The notes below the pieces were generated by a model, which saw only the letters and a list, made by a program, of their open reading frames with translations, was not told the DNA's origin and ran no database searches. A DNA stretch of 64,000 nucleotides from Stellaceae bacterium (GTDB taxonomy: Bacteria; Pseudomonadota; Alphaproteobacteria; ATCC43930; CGMCC-115725): assembly GCA_036264235.1 (NCBI GenBank), contig DATARH010000174.1, positions 2,386 through 66,385 on the forward strand, written 5' to 3'. Below are positions 1-9,611 of this stretch, piece after piece. Positions within the stretch are counted from its first letter, which is position 1. Each line of letters opens with the position of its first letter. The position numbers and the translations under genes were made by a program.

Positions 1-1313
1 TGCTTCAGCCGACCGGCCGGCGTGTCGGTCTCGATCGACCAGCGCGCCAGTTCGGGCTCGGTGAACTCCTTCGGCACGTCCTTCAGTTCGGCCTCCGGCA
101 CCTGCCCGCGGCCGACCAGCCAGCGTCCGGTCTGCGCCAGCGAGATCCGCACCAGCCAGCTACCGCCCTCCCTGGCCCGCCGCGCGAGCGCCACCATCGC
201 GCCGAACGCCATCAGGTAGCCGGTCAGGTAATCGATTGCCGATACCGGATAGAATTGCGGCCCCGGCTCCTTGCCCGGGAACAGTTCGCCCTGCCGCAGG
301 GTGATGCCGCTGACGTTCTGCACCACCGTGTCGAAGCCGCGGCGCGACGCCCATGGCCCGACATGACTGAATGCGCACAGCGACACATAGACGAGGCCCG
401 GCCGGATCTGCGCCAGCTCCTCGGGCGACAGGCCGCGATTGCCGAGAGCGCCCGGCCGATAGCCCTGCGAGAATACGTCCGCTTCGCGAACAAGCTCTTT
501 CAGCGTCGCCAGCTCCTTCGGCTGGCGCAGATCGAGATGCGCCGACAGCTTGCCGTGCCCGGTGTCGAATTCCTGGTAGCCGAGATTGGGCAGATGCGCG
601 CCGGTGATCTTCAGCACGTCGGCGCCATGCTCGGCCAGGGTCCGGGCGCACGTTGGACCCGCCAGCACGCGGGTCAAGTCGAGCACCCGCACGCCGGAGA
701 GCGGCCGGTCGCCGGCCGGGAGCTTCTCGACCGGCGCATCGCCGATCTTGACGATCTCGAACAGCGGCAGCGAGGCGATCGCGGCCGCCTGCGGGTGCTG
801 CGACCATTCCGCCATACTGCGCACCATGCCGCCGGCCCCCTTGGCGGCGATGATCGCTTCTTCCAGTTCGAGCGCGTCCCATTTCGCCACCGCCTGGCGC
901 ACCGCCTCCTTGTCCTCGGGTACACCGAGCACCTTCAGCGCGGCGGCGCGGTGGTTCGGGAAATTGGCGTGGATGTAGCTCCAGCGACCATCCTTCGCCG
1001 GATACATGCCCATCACCGGGTTGCGCTCGTGCGAGACCACGCTCTTTTCCATTTTCAGGTAATGGCCGCTGCGCAGCGACGCGGTCGCCTGCCGCAGATC
1101 GACCGCGACTTGTTGCGGCCGTCCCGTGCGCAATTGCCACAAATCGGAAACCGCCAGCCCGGTCGCGGCGAGCGCTGCGGCGGCGGTCTCGCTGATCCGG
1201 AACGGTGTCGGCAGTACCGGGTCGGTGCCGCCGGTGATCTCGACCGCGCGGGCGCGGTCTTCTGCCAAGCCTGCGACCGGCAGGATCGTGCGCAGCGCGT
1301 CATGAGCGGACAT
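1..1313 (-). CDS. CoA transferase, family III (CaiB/BaiF-like); the C-terminal end runs off the left edge of the window
   Basis: My own minus-strand translation from the ATG at 1313-1311 (MSAHDALRTILPVAGLAE...) stays open to position 1. It contains the family-III hallmark RPLSGVRVLDLTRVLAGP (about 650-710). It is absent from the ORF track because it has no stop inside the window. ORFs 255..1349(+) and 160..1140(-) are Arg/Ala-rich shadow frames. Confidence 0.8.
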   Translation of the reverse strand, partial: MSAHDALRTILPVAGLAEDRARAVEITGGTDPVLPTPFRISETAAAALAATGLAVSDLWQLRTGRPQQVAVDLRQATASLRSGHYLKMEKSVVSHERNPVMGMYPAKDGRWSYIHANFPNHRAAALKVLGVPEDKEAVRQAVAKWDALELEEAIIAAKGAGGMVRSMAEWSQHPQAAAIASLPLFEIVKIGDAPVEKLPAGDRPLSGVRVLDLTRVLAGPTCARTLAEHGADVLKITGAHLPNLGYQEFDTGHGKLSAHLDLRQPKELATLKELVREADVFSQGYRPGALGNRGLSPEELAQIRPGLVYVSLCAFSHVGPWASRRGFDTVVQNVSGITLRQGELFPGKEPGPQFYPVSAIDYLTGYLMAFGAMVALARRAREGGSWLVRISLAQTGRWLVGRGQVPEAELKDVPKEFTEPELARWSIETDTPAGRLK

Positions 1314-1489
1314 TGGGCGGATCCTCACGGAGTTTTGTTTGACCAATGATGACGTGGAATGGGCCGCGGCGGAAGCGCGGCGGCGCCGGTCCCGGTAGGG
1401 GCCGGCCCCCTAGGCATGGCATGCCATTTGCTCGCTGCGGGAGCGGCCGCTCAATAGATGATGATTTCCCCCTGGGCAAACGAGCTGCG

Positions 1490-1519
1490 GGGACGCTAAA
1501 CATAGCAGACGTCTATAAT
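1490..1519 (+). promoter_or_regulatory. candidate sigma70-type promoter of the efflux operon
   Basis: A perfect TATAAT lies at 1514-1519, about 40 nt upstream of the adaptor start codon. A weak -35-like GGGACG sits 18 nt further upstream. The hexamer is a rare AT-rich patch in GC-rich DNA. This is pattern-based only. Confidence 0.3.
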
Positions 1520-1558
1520 ATACTTGGAACATTGCCCGTTCTAACGGAGGCACATTGT

Positions 1559-2707
1559 ATGAGAAAAGCTCTGATCGCGGGATTGGCGGTCGTCGCCATG
1601 GGAGGAACGGGCCTGGTGCTGCGCCTGGCGGGCGAGCGCACATCAACGATTGCCGCGGAAAACCCGGCGCCGCCACCCGTCACCCCGGGGGTCCCGGTCA
1701 CCGCCGGAATCGTGACCGCCGCTGATGTTCCGGTGTTCGTTAACGGCATCGGCAGCGTCCAGGCCTACAACACCGTCACGATCAAGAGCCGGGTCGACGG
1801 CCAGATCGTCAATGTCGGGTTTACCGAAGGCCAAAATGTCAAGAAGGGCGCATCGCTGTTTCAGATCGATCCGCGCCCGTACCAGGCTGCGCTCGACCAG
1901 GCGTCGGCCAGCAAGCAAAAGGATGAGGCGCAATTGGCGAGCGCGCAGGCCGACCTCGCGCGGTACGCGCAGCTTGTCCCCTCGGGCTTTCAGACCAAGC
2001 AGAGCTACGATCAGCAGAAGGCAACCGTCGGACAAGTGCAGGCGGCAATTAAAGCCGACGAGGCGCAGATCGAGGCGGCCCAGCTTAACCTCGGCTATGC
2101 CGATATCCGCGCGCCGATCGACGGACGGCTCGGCGCCCGCCTTGTCGACATCGGCAATATGGTGCGAGCGACCGACGCGGCCGGGCTGGTGACGATTACC
2201 CAGGTCAAGCCGATCTTCGTCAGTTTCACGGTGCCCCAGGAACAGGCCCACAAGGTTCGTGAGCGGCAGGCGCAGGAGCCGCTGAAGGTCCTCGCTTATG
2301 GCAATGACAACCAGACCTTGCTCGGTACCGGCAAGCTGACCTTGATCGACAACGCGATCGACCAGGCGACCGGTACGATCCGTCTGAAGGCGACCTTCGA
2401 CAACGCCGATGAGCGACTCTGGCCCGGCGAATTCGCCAATGTGCGGGTGGTTTTGAACACGCGCCGGGGGGTTCCGACGGTGCCGGCGCAGAGCGTCATG
2501 GATGGGCCGACGGGCAAATTTGCCTATGTGATCAAGCAGGACGGCACGGTCGAGCGGCGTGAGGTGGCTGTCACCGCGCTGCAGGACGGCGTTGCCGTTA
2601 TCGAAAAGGGACTATCGCCCGGCGACAAAATCGTCATCGAGGGGCAGTACCGCCTGACCAATGGCGCTCGGGTCAGAGTGGAGACAAATCCGGGAGCCTC
2701 AGGGTGA
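1559..2707 (+). CDS. RND efflux pump periplasmic adaptor subunit (MdtA/HlyD-type membrane fusion protein)
   Basis: From ORF track 1346..2707. I moved the start to the ATG at 1559 (MRKALIAGLAVVAMGG, an anchor-like N-terminus), which is preceded by GGAGG at 1546-1550. Adaptor motifs present: GIGSVQAYNTVTIKSRVDGQIV, FQIDPRPYQAALDQA, YADIRAPIDGRLG. Confidence 0.9.
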   Translation: MRKALIAGLAVVAMGGTGLVLRLAGERTSTIAAENPAPPPVTPGVPVTAGIVTAADVPVFVNGIGSVQAYNTVTIKSRVDGQIVNVGFTEGQNVKKGASLFQIDPRPYQAALDQASASKQKDEAQLASAQADLARYAQLVPSGFQTKQSYDQQKATVGQVQAAIKADEAQIEAAQLNLGYADIRAPIDGRLGARLVDIGNMVRATDAAGLVTITQVKPIFVSFTVPQEQAHKVRERQAQEPLKVLAYGNDNQTLLGTGKLTLIDNAIDQATGTIRLKATFDNADERLWPGEFANVRVVLNTRRGVPTVPAQSVMDGPTGKFAYVIKQDGTVERREVAVTALQDGVAVIEKGLSPGDKIVIEGQYRLTNGARVRVETNPGASG

Positions 2708-2762
2708 GCCGCACGCAAGACGCGGCTCGTCATAATCCGACTCGGCGACGGGAGCATCTTCA

Positions 2763-5700
2763 ATGAGCATTTCCGAACCTTTTATCCGCCGACCGATCGG
2801 TACCTCGCTGCTGATGCTGGGCGTCCTCGTCTTCGGCATCGGCGCTTACAACCTGCTGCCGGTCGCCGCCCTGCCGAACGTCGATTTCCCGACGATCACC
2901 GTCACCACCACCTATCCCGGCGCGAGCCCGGATACGATGGCATCCGCCGTCGCGACGCCGCTCGAACAGCAATTCGCGGCCATCACCGGTCTCGCCGAGA
3001 TGACCTCGGCCAGCGGCGTCGGCTCGACGATGATCACGCTGCAGTTCAACCTGGAGCGCAACATCGACGCCGCGGCGCAGGACGTGCAGCAGGCGATCAA
3101 CGCCACGACAGGTCTGTTGCCGAAGGACCTGCCGAACCCGCCGGTCTACCGCAAGACCAACCCGGCCGACCGGCCGGTGCTGATCTACGCCGTTCATTCG
3201 GACGGCCTGCCGATCTACCGGATCGACGACTACGCCTACACGGTGATCGCGCAGCGCATCTCGACAGTGAAAGGCGTATCGGAATCGCGGATCTTCGGGC
3301 AGAAGCCCTATGCCGTTCACGTTCAGGTCGACCCCGCGGCGTTGGCAGCGCGTGGCGTCGGCATGGAAGATGTTCGAAATGCGCTGGTCGCGGCGAGTGT
3401 CAATCGGCCGAAAGGCAATCTCGAAGGGGCAAACCGGACCGTTACCCTCGATACCAACGATCAGCTCTTCGACGCGGCGGCCTACCGGAATGTGATCGTC
3501 GCCTGGCGCAACGGCGCGCCGGTCCGGCTCAGCGACATCGCTGAGATCACTGATGGCGTGCAGAACGCGCGCACCGGAGCCTGGTTCGAACACAAGCCCG
3601 CCGAAGGCTTGGCAGTCCAACGAGAGGCCGGCGCGAACACCATTCAAGTCGTCGACACGGTCAAGGGGATGCTGCCCAAGCTGCTGGAATCGGTGCCGCC
3701 TTCGGTGCATGTCGACCTGGTCTCGGACCGTTCGATCGTGATCCGCGCCGCCGTGCACGACGTCCAGTTCACGATGATGCTGACGGTCGGGCTCGTGATC
3801 CTCGTCATCTTCGTCTTCCTGCGCACCTTGTGGGCGACGGTGATCCCGAGCGTGGCGGTGCCGCTGTCGTTGCTGGCGACTTTTGCGGTCATGTATGTGG
3901 TCGGCTATAGCCTCGACAATATCTCGCTTATGGCGCTGACGATCTCGGTCGGCTTCGTCGTCGACGATGCGATCGTGATGATCGAGAACGTCGTGCGATA
4001 TCTGGAGCAAGGTGATCGCCCGTTTGAAGCCGCGCTGAAGGGCGCCGGCCAAATCGGCTTCACGATTATCTCGATCACATTCTCGCTGATTGCCGTGTTT
4101 ATTCCGCTGCTGTTTATGAGCGGCATCATTGGCCGGCTGTTCCGCGAGTTTGCCGTCGTCGTATCGCTCGCAGTCGTGTCTTCGGCAATGATTTCGCTGA
4201 CCCTAACGCCCGTCATGTGCTCGCTGTTCCTGAAGGGACATAACGAAGAAAAGCCGCCCGGATGGCTCAGTCGGCAAGCCGAGAACGGCTTTCAATGGAT
4301 GCTGCGCGGCTATGACCGCGGCCTGCGCTTTGTCTTCCGGCACCGGTTCGTGACGTTGGTTGCGACGTTATTGCTGATGGCCGGCACGGGACTGCTTTAC
4401 GTCAAGATTCCCAAGGGCTTCTTCCCGCAACAGGATACGGGCTTCATCTTCGGCCAGGCCGAGGGGCGGCAGGACATCTCGTTCGCGAGCATGGCCGAAC
4501 TGATCCATCAAGTTACCGATATTGTTGGCAAGGATCCGGCGGTGTCCGGCATCTTTTATTTCGCGGGCGCCTATGCCTACAACCCGACGGAAAATACCGG
4601 CCGCGTTTTCATTCAGCTGAAGCCGCATGACGAGCGCGACGTCACCTCCGACCAGGTGATTCAGCGGCTGCGGCCCAAGGTGGCGGCGGTGCGCGGCCTC
4701 AAGTTCTTCATGCAGTCCGGCCAGGACATCAGCGTTGGCGGCCGGCTGAGCCGAACCCAGTACCAGTACACCCTGACCGACACCGACAGCGCCGAGCTGA
4801 ACCACTGGTCGCCGATTGTCGAAGCGGCAATGCAAAAGATGCCGGAGCTGCAGGACGTTGCGTCTGACCAACAGATTGCCGCGCCGCATCTGGCGATCGA
4901 CATCGACCGCGATGCCGCCGCTCGAATGGGGATCTCGACCTCGCTGATCGATGAGACCCTGTATGACGCGTTCGGACAGCGACAGGTCGTGACCTTCTAC
5001 ACCTCGACGAACCAGTACAAGGTGATCCTCGAGGTCAAGCCGGAGTTCCAGAGCGATCCTAACGCATTATCGAAGCTCTATGTCTCCGGTCCCAACGGGG
5101 TTCAGATCCCGCTTAGCAGCTTTGCCCACTTTGCCCCGAAAGTCGAACCCTTGATGGTCAGCCACCAGGGGCAGTTTCCGGCGGTGACGATCTCGTTCAA
5201 TCTCTCGCCGGGCATTGCCCTTGGCGATGCAGTGGAGCGGATCCAGGCGCTGGAGCGGCAGCTGCAACTGCCGGCGACCGTCAACGGCGCCTTCCAGGGC
5301 ACTGCGCAGGCCTTCCAGGCCTCTCTTTCATCGACGCCGCTTCTCGTCGCCGCGGCGATCCTCGTTGTCTATATCGTGCTCGGCGTCCTCTACGAGAGCT
5401 ACATCCACCCAATCACGATCCTTTCGTCTCTGCCTTCGGCCGGTGTCGGCGCTCTGCTGGCGCTTATCCTATGGCCGCGGCCGGGCTATACGCCGCCGGG
5501 GCATTTCGGCTTCCTCGACTTATTCGATCCGGCGGCGCGAATTCCCGCCAGTTACGACCTGACGGTGATCGCGATCGTCGGAGTGATCCTGCTGATCGGC
5601 ATCGTCAAGAAGAACGCGATCATGATGATCGATTTCGCGCTGACAGCCGAACGCCAGCAGGGCAAGAGTCCGCTCGAAGCGATTCATGAAGCGTGCCTGC

Positions 5701-5993
5701 TGCGTTTCCGCCCGATCATGATGACGACGTTTGCCGCGTTGTTCGGCAGCCTGCCGATTGCTATCGGCGGCGGCGCAGGTTCGGAATTGCGGCGCCCGTT
5801 GGGCATTGCGATCGTCGGCGGGCTGCTGATTTCGCAATGGCTTACGCTGTACACAACCCCGGTCATTTATCTCTATCTCGACCGCCTCAGCCACGCGCTC
5901 GGTGGTTCGCGACGGAGATCGCGCATCCAGGCGGCGCTGACCGACCGTTCAAGTCCGGGGCTGGCGGAGGATCCCCATGGCGCCGCGGAATGA
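2763..5993 (+). CDS. RND multidrug efflux permease (MdtB/MdtC/AcrB family)
   Basis: 1076 aa. The N-terminus MSISEPFIRRPIGTSLLMLGVLVFGIGAYNLLPVAALPNVDFPTITVTTTYPGASPD and the conserved LLIGIVKKNAIMMIDFAL helix are typical of the family. It lies directly downstream of the adaptor gene. Confidence 0.95.
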   Translation: MSISEPFIRRPIGTSLLMLGVLVFGIGAYNLLPVAALPNVDFPTITVTTTYPGASPDTMASAVATPLEQQFAAITGLAEMTSASGVGSTMITLQFNLERNIDAAAQDVQQAINATTGLLPKDLPNPPVYRKTNPADRPVLIYAVHSDGLPIYRIDDYAYTVIAQRISTVKGVSESRIFGQKPYAVHVQVDPAALAARGVGMEDVRNALVAASVNRPKGNLEGANRTVTLDTNDQLFDAAAYRNVIVAWRNGAPVRLSDIAEITDGVQNARTGAWFEHKPAEGLAVQREAGANTIQVVDTVKGMLPKLLESVPPSVHVDLVSDRSIVIRAAVHDVQFTMMLTVGLVILVIFVFLRTLWATVIPSVAVPLSLLATFAVMYVVGYSLDNISLMALTISVGFVVDDAIVMIENVVRYLEQGDRPFEAALKGAGQIGFTIISITFSLIAVFIPLLFMSGIIGRLFREFAVVVSLAVVSSAMISLTLTPVMCSLFLKGHNEEKPPGWLSRQAENGFQWMLRGYDRGLRFVFRHRFVTLVATLLLMAGTGLLYVKIPKGFFPQQDTGFIFGQAEGRQDISFASMAELIHQVTDIVGKDPAVSGIFYFAGAYAYNPTENTGRVFIQLKPHDERDVTSDQVIQRLRPKVAAVRGLKFFMQSGQDISVGGRLSRTQYQYTLTDTDSAELNHWSPIVEAAMQKMPELQDVASDQQIAAPHLAIDIDRDAAARMGISTSLIDETLYDAFGQRQVVTFYTSTNQYKVILEVKPEFQSDPNALSKLYVSGPNGVQIPLSSFAHFAPKVEPLMVSHQGQFPAVTISFNLSPGIALGDAVERIQALERQLQLPATVNGAFQGTAQAFQASLSSTPLLVAAAILVVYIVLGVLYESYIHPITILSSLPSAGVGALLALILWPRPGYTPPGHFGFLDLFDPAARIPASYDLTVIAIVGVILLIGIVKKNAIMMIDFALTAERQQGKSPLEAIHEACLLRFRPIMMTTFAALFGSLPIAIGGGAGSELRRPLGIAIVGGLLISQWLTLYTTPVIYLYLDRLSHALGGSRRRSRIQAALTDRSSPGLAEDPHGAAE

Positions 5994-6528
5994 CGTCGTG
6001 CCACTGATGCGGGCAGCGGAGGCGGAACGGCCCGATTCCGCGACACTGCAGCCGAATATCGGGGCGCTGATCCACGATATCGGGCGGTTAATGCGGCGCA
6101 ATTTCGAGCGCCGCGCGCGGCAGACGGGGTTGCCTTTTACTCGGCATCAGGCGCGCGTGCTGTTGTCGATCGCGCGGCACGAGGGAGAGAGCCAAGCCGC
6201 GGTGGCGGCGATGCTCGATATCGAGCCGATCGCGCTGGTACGGATGCTCGATCGACTGCATGAGGAAGGCTTGGTCGAGCGGCATCTGCATCCGACCGAT
6301 CGCCGGGTTCGTACGCTCTGGTTGACACAAGCCGGTTGGACGGCGCTCGACCGGATCCTTGCGGTGAATCAGCAGGTGCGTGAGGAGGCATGCGAGGGGA
6401 TGAGTCCGGCGGCGCGTGCGCAACTGACTGGCGCGCTACGGCTCATCAAGGACAACCTCACTCTCGCCGAGGAGACGGCAGCCGCGCCTACCGAGGCGGC
6501 GCGGGCGGGCGCGCGAGCGGCGGAGTGA
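5977..6528 (+). CDS. MarR-family transcriptional regulator
   Basis: Winged-helix MarR signature: FTRHQARVLLSIARHEGESQAAVAAMLDIEPIALVRMLDRLHEEGLVERHLHPTDRRVRTLWLT. The ATG at 5977 overlaps the RND stop by 17 nt. The ATG at 6007 is an alternative start. Confidence 0.85.
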   Translation: MAPRNDVVPLMRAAEAERPDSATLQPNIGALIHDIGRLMRRNFERRARQTGLPFTRHQARVLLSIARHEGESQAAVAAMLDIEPIALVRMLDRLHEEGLVERHLHPTDRRVRTLWLTQAGWTALDRILAVNQQVREEACEGMSPAARAQLTGALRLIKDNLTLAEETAAAPTEAARAGARAAE

Positions 6529-6581
6529 AGGGGTTCAGGCCGCTCCGGCTGAGACGCTTTCGACCATCTGCGCCTCGCCTG

Positions 6582-7334
6582 TTATACGGCTAGAAAGCCG
6601 CCATCGACGTAGAGTTCGGTGCCGGTGATATACGATGCTTCGTCCGAAGCGAGAAACAGCACCGCATTGGCTACCTCCTCGACTCGCCCGGCGCGGCCGA
6701 GCGGTACCCCTTCGAGCATCTTGGCGCGCACCGCCGGATCGGCTGTGCGTCCAGAGGTACGCATCGGCGGCATCAGCCCGGGATGCACCGAATTGACCCG
6801 GATATTGTGGCGGCCGTGCTGCACGGCGGCGGCTTTTGTCAGCGTCCGCACCGCGCCTTTCGACGCATTGTAGGCGACATGAATGCCGCGCTGTCCGGTC
6901 ACCCCAGAGATCGACGAGAGGTTGACGATCGATCCGCCCCCGGCCGCGCGCATGGCCGGGATCGCATGTTTCAAGCCCAGGAACGTACCGGTCGAGTTGA
7001 TCCCCATGATCCGTTCCCAGGCGGCGGTATCGAACAGGTCGTCGACGTTGCTGCCGCTAATCCCTGCATCGTTCACCAGGATGTCGAGCTTACCGAAGGC
7101 GGCGAGCGTTGCCTCGACCGCCGTCTGCCATTCGGCCTCGCTGGTCACGTCGAGGTGCCGGAAGATCGCCGCGCCGTTGCTCTGCACGATTTCGGCGGCA
7201 ATCGCCTTGCCCTCATCGTCCAGCATGTCGGCAATCGTCACCTTGGCGCCCTCGCGGGCAAAGATCCGTGCCATGCTGGCGCCCATGCCCGACGCCGCCC
7301 CGGTGATCAGCGCTACCTTGCCATCGAGCCTCAT
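6582..7334 (-). CDS. SDR-family oxidoreductase (FabG / glucose-1-dehydrogenase-like)
   Basis: TGAASGMG Rossmann motif, NDAG, and the catalytic YNASKGAV motif. 250 aa. Confidence 0.9.
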   Translation of the reverse strand: MRLDGKVALITGAASGMGASMARIFAREGAKVTIADMLDDEGKAIAAEIVQSNGAAIFRHLDVTSEAEWQTAVEATLAAFGKLDILVNDAGISGSNVDDLFDTAAWERIMGINSTGTFLGLKHAIPAMRAAGGGSIVNLSSISGVTGQRGIHVAYNASKGAVRTLTKAAAVQHGRHNIRVNSVHPGLMPPMRTSGRTADPAVRAKMLEGVPLGRAGRVEEVANAVLFLASDEASYITGTELYVDGGFLAV

Positions 7335-7351
7335 CAGCTTTCTCCCGTGCT

Positions 7352-8110
7352 TCAGTTGACCCCGACGGCGGCACCCATCACGTCACCGATCCCATCGTGC
7401 AAAACCAGATCGGCGACGCGGTCGAGCCCGGTCGGCTCGCGGTTGACGATCGCTAATGCGGCGCCGTTGCGCTTCGCCATTTCCGGAAATCCGGCGGCCG
7501 GATACACCACCAGCGACGAACCGAGGACGATGAACAGATCGGCCGCCCTTGTCTCCATTTCGGCGCGCCGCATCGCTTGCTCAGGCATCGCCTGGCCGAA
7601 CGAGATCGTCGCGGTCTTTACAAAACCGCGGCACCGAGTGCAGCGCGGTGCCAGCCCGTCCCGCTCGAACGCGGTACGAAGGTCCTCGATTTCATAGCGG
7701 TCGCCGCAATCAAGACAAGTCGCGTAAGTGGTGTTGCCGTGCAGTTCGATGACCTTGTCGTCCGGAATCCCGGAGGCTTGGTGCAGTCCATCGATGTTCT
7801 GCGTGATCACCGCACTGACTTTGCCGCGGCGGACCAGCGCGTCGACGGCGCGATGACCGCGGTTCGGCATGGCAGCCTGGAAGGTGTCCTCCATCGCAAA
7901 GCGGCGGCGCCAAGTCTCGCGCCGGGATGCGTCGGACGCGAGAAAGCTGTCGAAATCGATCGGCGCCATCTTGGTCCAGATGCCGCCCGGGCTGCGGAAA
8001 TCGGGGATGCCGGATTCTGTGCTGATACCGGCGCCAGTGAAGACGAGGGCGCGGCGCGCCCGTTCGATCATTCGGGTGAGTGACGCGATGTCGTCATCGT
8101 CGCGATCCAT
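7352..8110 (-). CDS. cobB: NAD-dependent protein deacylase (Sir2/CobB family)
   Basis: Motifs GAGISTESGIPDFRSPGGIW, ITQNIDGLH, a Zn ribbon (CLDCG...CTRCRG) and VLGSSLVVYPAAGF. I moved the start to the ATG at 8110 (MDRDDDD...). The track start at 8302 adds an Arg-rich extension with no homology. Confidence 0.85.
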   Translation of the reverse strand: MDRDDDDIASLTRMIERARRALVFTGAGISTESGIPDFRSPGGIWTKMAPIDFDSFLASDASRRETWRRRFAMEDTFQAAMPNRGHRAVDALVRRGKVSAVITQNIDGLHQASGIPDDKVIELHGNTTYATCLDCGDRYEIEDLRTAFERDGLAPRCTRCRGFVKTATISFGQAMPEQAMRRAEMETRAADLFIVLGSSLVVYPAAGFPEMAKRNGAALAIVNREPTGLDRVADLVLHDGIGDVMGAAVGVN

Positions 8111-8178
8111 GCCCGGTACTTTGACAAACCCGCCCGATGCCGCCAAGGGTTTGTCGCTCGCGACAGTCAGTGCGAACC

Positions 8179-9090
8179 ATGCTGAATCTCCCGGATCACC
8201 GCACCGCATACCTCGCCGCCGAGGGTTTCGTCGGTGAATTGATGCATGAACTCGGCGGTGCCGACTGGTCATCCGAACGGCTGCTCGCTTCGGCGGGAGC
8301 ACCGCGGGCGGCGGCCTGGGCCCAGAATGTCTGGTTCGATCCCGTTATCATCGAGATCGCGTCCATCACCGATGCGGCAAGGAAATTACGCGGAATTCAG
8401 CGCAATTGGGCCGTGTACGCCCCGCACCATCACCGCCGCGCAACACTGATCCAGGCGCAATTGCCAAAGATCTCCGCGCGGCCGCTGGTCTTCGGGGAGC
8501 CGCCGCCCGTGGCGCCACTTGGTTCTTGGACCCTGATTGATCCGCAGACGCTGCTCGCCGCTCCGCACTGCAGCAGCGCCTTTTCAAACGGTGAGCTTCG
8601 CTTTGTAGAAGACCGCACCGGCCCCCCAAGTCGCGCCTATTTGAAATTATGGGAAGCGTTGACGCTGATCGGGCAGCACCCGAGACCGGGCGAGACTTGC
8701 CTCGATCTCGGCAGCAGTCCCGGCGGCTGGAGCTGGGCGCTGCAGCGCATGGGGGCCCGCGTGATCAGCGTCGATAGGGCGCCGCTCGCGTCGGAGATCG
8801 CGCGCCTGCCTAGTATCGAACATCGAACCGAAAGCGTCTTCGCGCTTGACCCGGCGAAGGTCGGCCAGGTCGACTGGCTGTTTTCGGATGTGGTCTGCTA
8901 TCCGGCGCGGTTATTGGCGTTGATCGAGCGCTGGCTCGCGGCTGGAACCTGCCGTCGCTTCGTCTGCACGGTCAAATTTCAGGGCGCAACCGACCACACG
9001 GCCGCGGCACGTTTCGCAGCAATCCCAGGCTCTCAGCTGCGCCACCTGTTCCACAACAGGCACGAGCTGACCTGGATCAAGCTGGGCTGA
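8179..9090 (+). CDS. rlmM: RlmM-like (FtsJ-fold) rRNA 2'-O-methyltransferase
   Basis: The C-terminal half matches my memory of E. coli RlmM: PPSRAYLKLWEA, LDLGSSPGGWSWAL, VISVDRAPL, WLFSDVVCYPARLLALIERWL, FVCTVKFQG. I moved the start to the ATG at 8179 (MLNLPDHR). Confidence 0.7.
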   Translation: MLNLPDHRTAYLAAEGFVGELMHELGGADWSSERLLASAGAPRAAAWAQNVWFDPVIIEIASITDAARKLRGIQRNWAVYAPHHHRRATLIQAQLPKISARPLVFGEPPPVAPLGSWTLIDPQTLLAAPHCSSAFSNGELRFVEDRTGPPSRAYLKLWEALTLIGQHPRPGETCLDLGSSPGGWSWALQRMGARVISVDRAPLASEIARLPSIEHRTESVFALDPAKVGQVDWLFSDVVCYPARLLALIERWLAAGTCRRFVCTVKFQGATDHTAAARFAAIPGSQLRHLFHNRHELTWIKLG

Positions 9091-9502
9091 CCGCTTCGGT
9101 CTCGCGCTCCGTTTCGGCCGCGGCCGGGGCACGTCGCGACAGCGATGCGGACAGCGGCCAACCCGATCCCTTGAGATTATTGGTGACGATCAACAACAGG
9201 TTCTCGCCGAATCGCTGCAGTGCCTTGGTTCCGGTCAGGGGCAGCGGGATGTGGTGCGTCTCGCAATATTGGATCAGCGCGTCAGCGAGCTCGGCGTTGC
9301 CCAGCTCGGCAGTTTGCGGTGAGCCGCCACTATCCGGCGCGATCTCGATCGCGAGCCTGACCCCCCCGCCCGTGGCGCAACTCATGTCGAGGCGCCGCAA
9401 TGCTCCTGCCGGCAGGGGGCGGTGCACCTGCCGCCGGTATTCACGCACCGCGGCGGCAATCTCGGACGAGCAGAAGACGATGTGTCGAATTTCGGCGGGC
9501 AA
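9077..9502 (-). CDS. hypothetical protein (141 aa), downstream of the HerA-like ATPase
   Basis: Open frame with host-like G/C-rich third positions. TTG start at 9502, with GAGGGGG 6 nt upstream. No motif I recognise. Its 3' end overlaps the convergent rlmM by 14 nt. Confidence 0.5.
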   Translation of the reverse strand: MPAEIRHIVFCSSEIAAAVREYRRQVHRPLPAGALRRLDMSCATGGGVRLAIEIAPDSGGSPQTAELGNAELADALIQYCETHHIPLPLTGTKALQRFGENLLLIVTNNLKGSGWPLSASLSRRAPAAAETERETEAVSPA

Positions 9503-9542
9503 GACAAACCCCCTCGAATGTTTGCCGCAACACGATCACGAT

Positions 9543-9571
9543 ATAGTATTTAACTTTTCCTTTACGCGCAA
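9543..9571 (-). promoter_or_regulatory. candidate sigma70-type promoter in the AT-rich gap between the HerA-like gene and the 141-aa ORF
   Basis: The minus strand reads TTGCGC, a 17-nt spacer, then TACTAT. This lies in an unusually AT-rich 109-nt gap. Pattern-based only. Confidence 0.25.
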
Positions 9572-9611
9572 ACGAAGAGTTGGGATGTGAACCTCCGGGC
9601 CACCGCTCTCA

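Noticed and set aside
255-1349. 364-aa plus-strand ORF, along with ORF 160..1140 on the minus strand
   Set aside because: Both are Arg/Ala/Gly-rich with no motifs. They are shadow frames of the CoA-transferase gene, whose minus-strand frame has clear family motifs and runs off the window edge.
1416-1427. The 12-nt perfect palindrome ATGGCATGCCAT upstream of the efflux operon as a possible MarR operator
   Set aside because: Palindromes of this length are expected many times by chance in 64 kb. It lies about 90 nt upstream of the candidate -10 box. There is not enough evidence to call it a site.
2760-4052. 430-aa minus-strand ORF antisense to the RND permease. The same type occurs at 20492..21562(+), 30240..31535(-), 30740..32155(+), 35859..37208(-), 45805..46917(-), 47609..48847(-) and 60797..62482(-).
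   Set aside because: These are typical high-GC antisense shadow ORFs: Arg/Asp/His/Gly-rich, with no domains and no sensible starts. Each lies opposite a gene with unambiguous family motifs.
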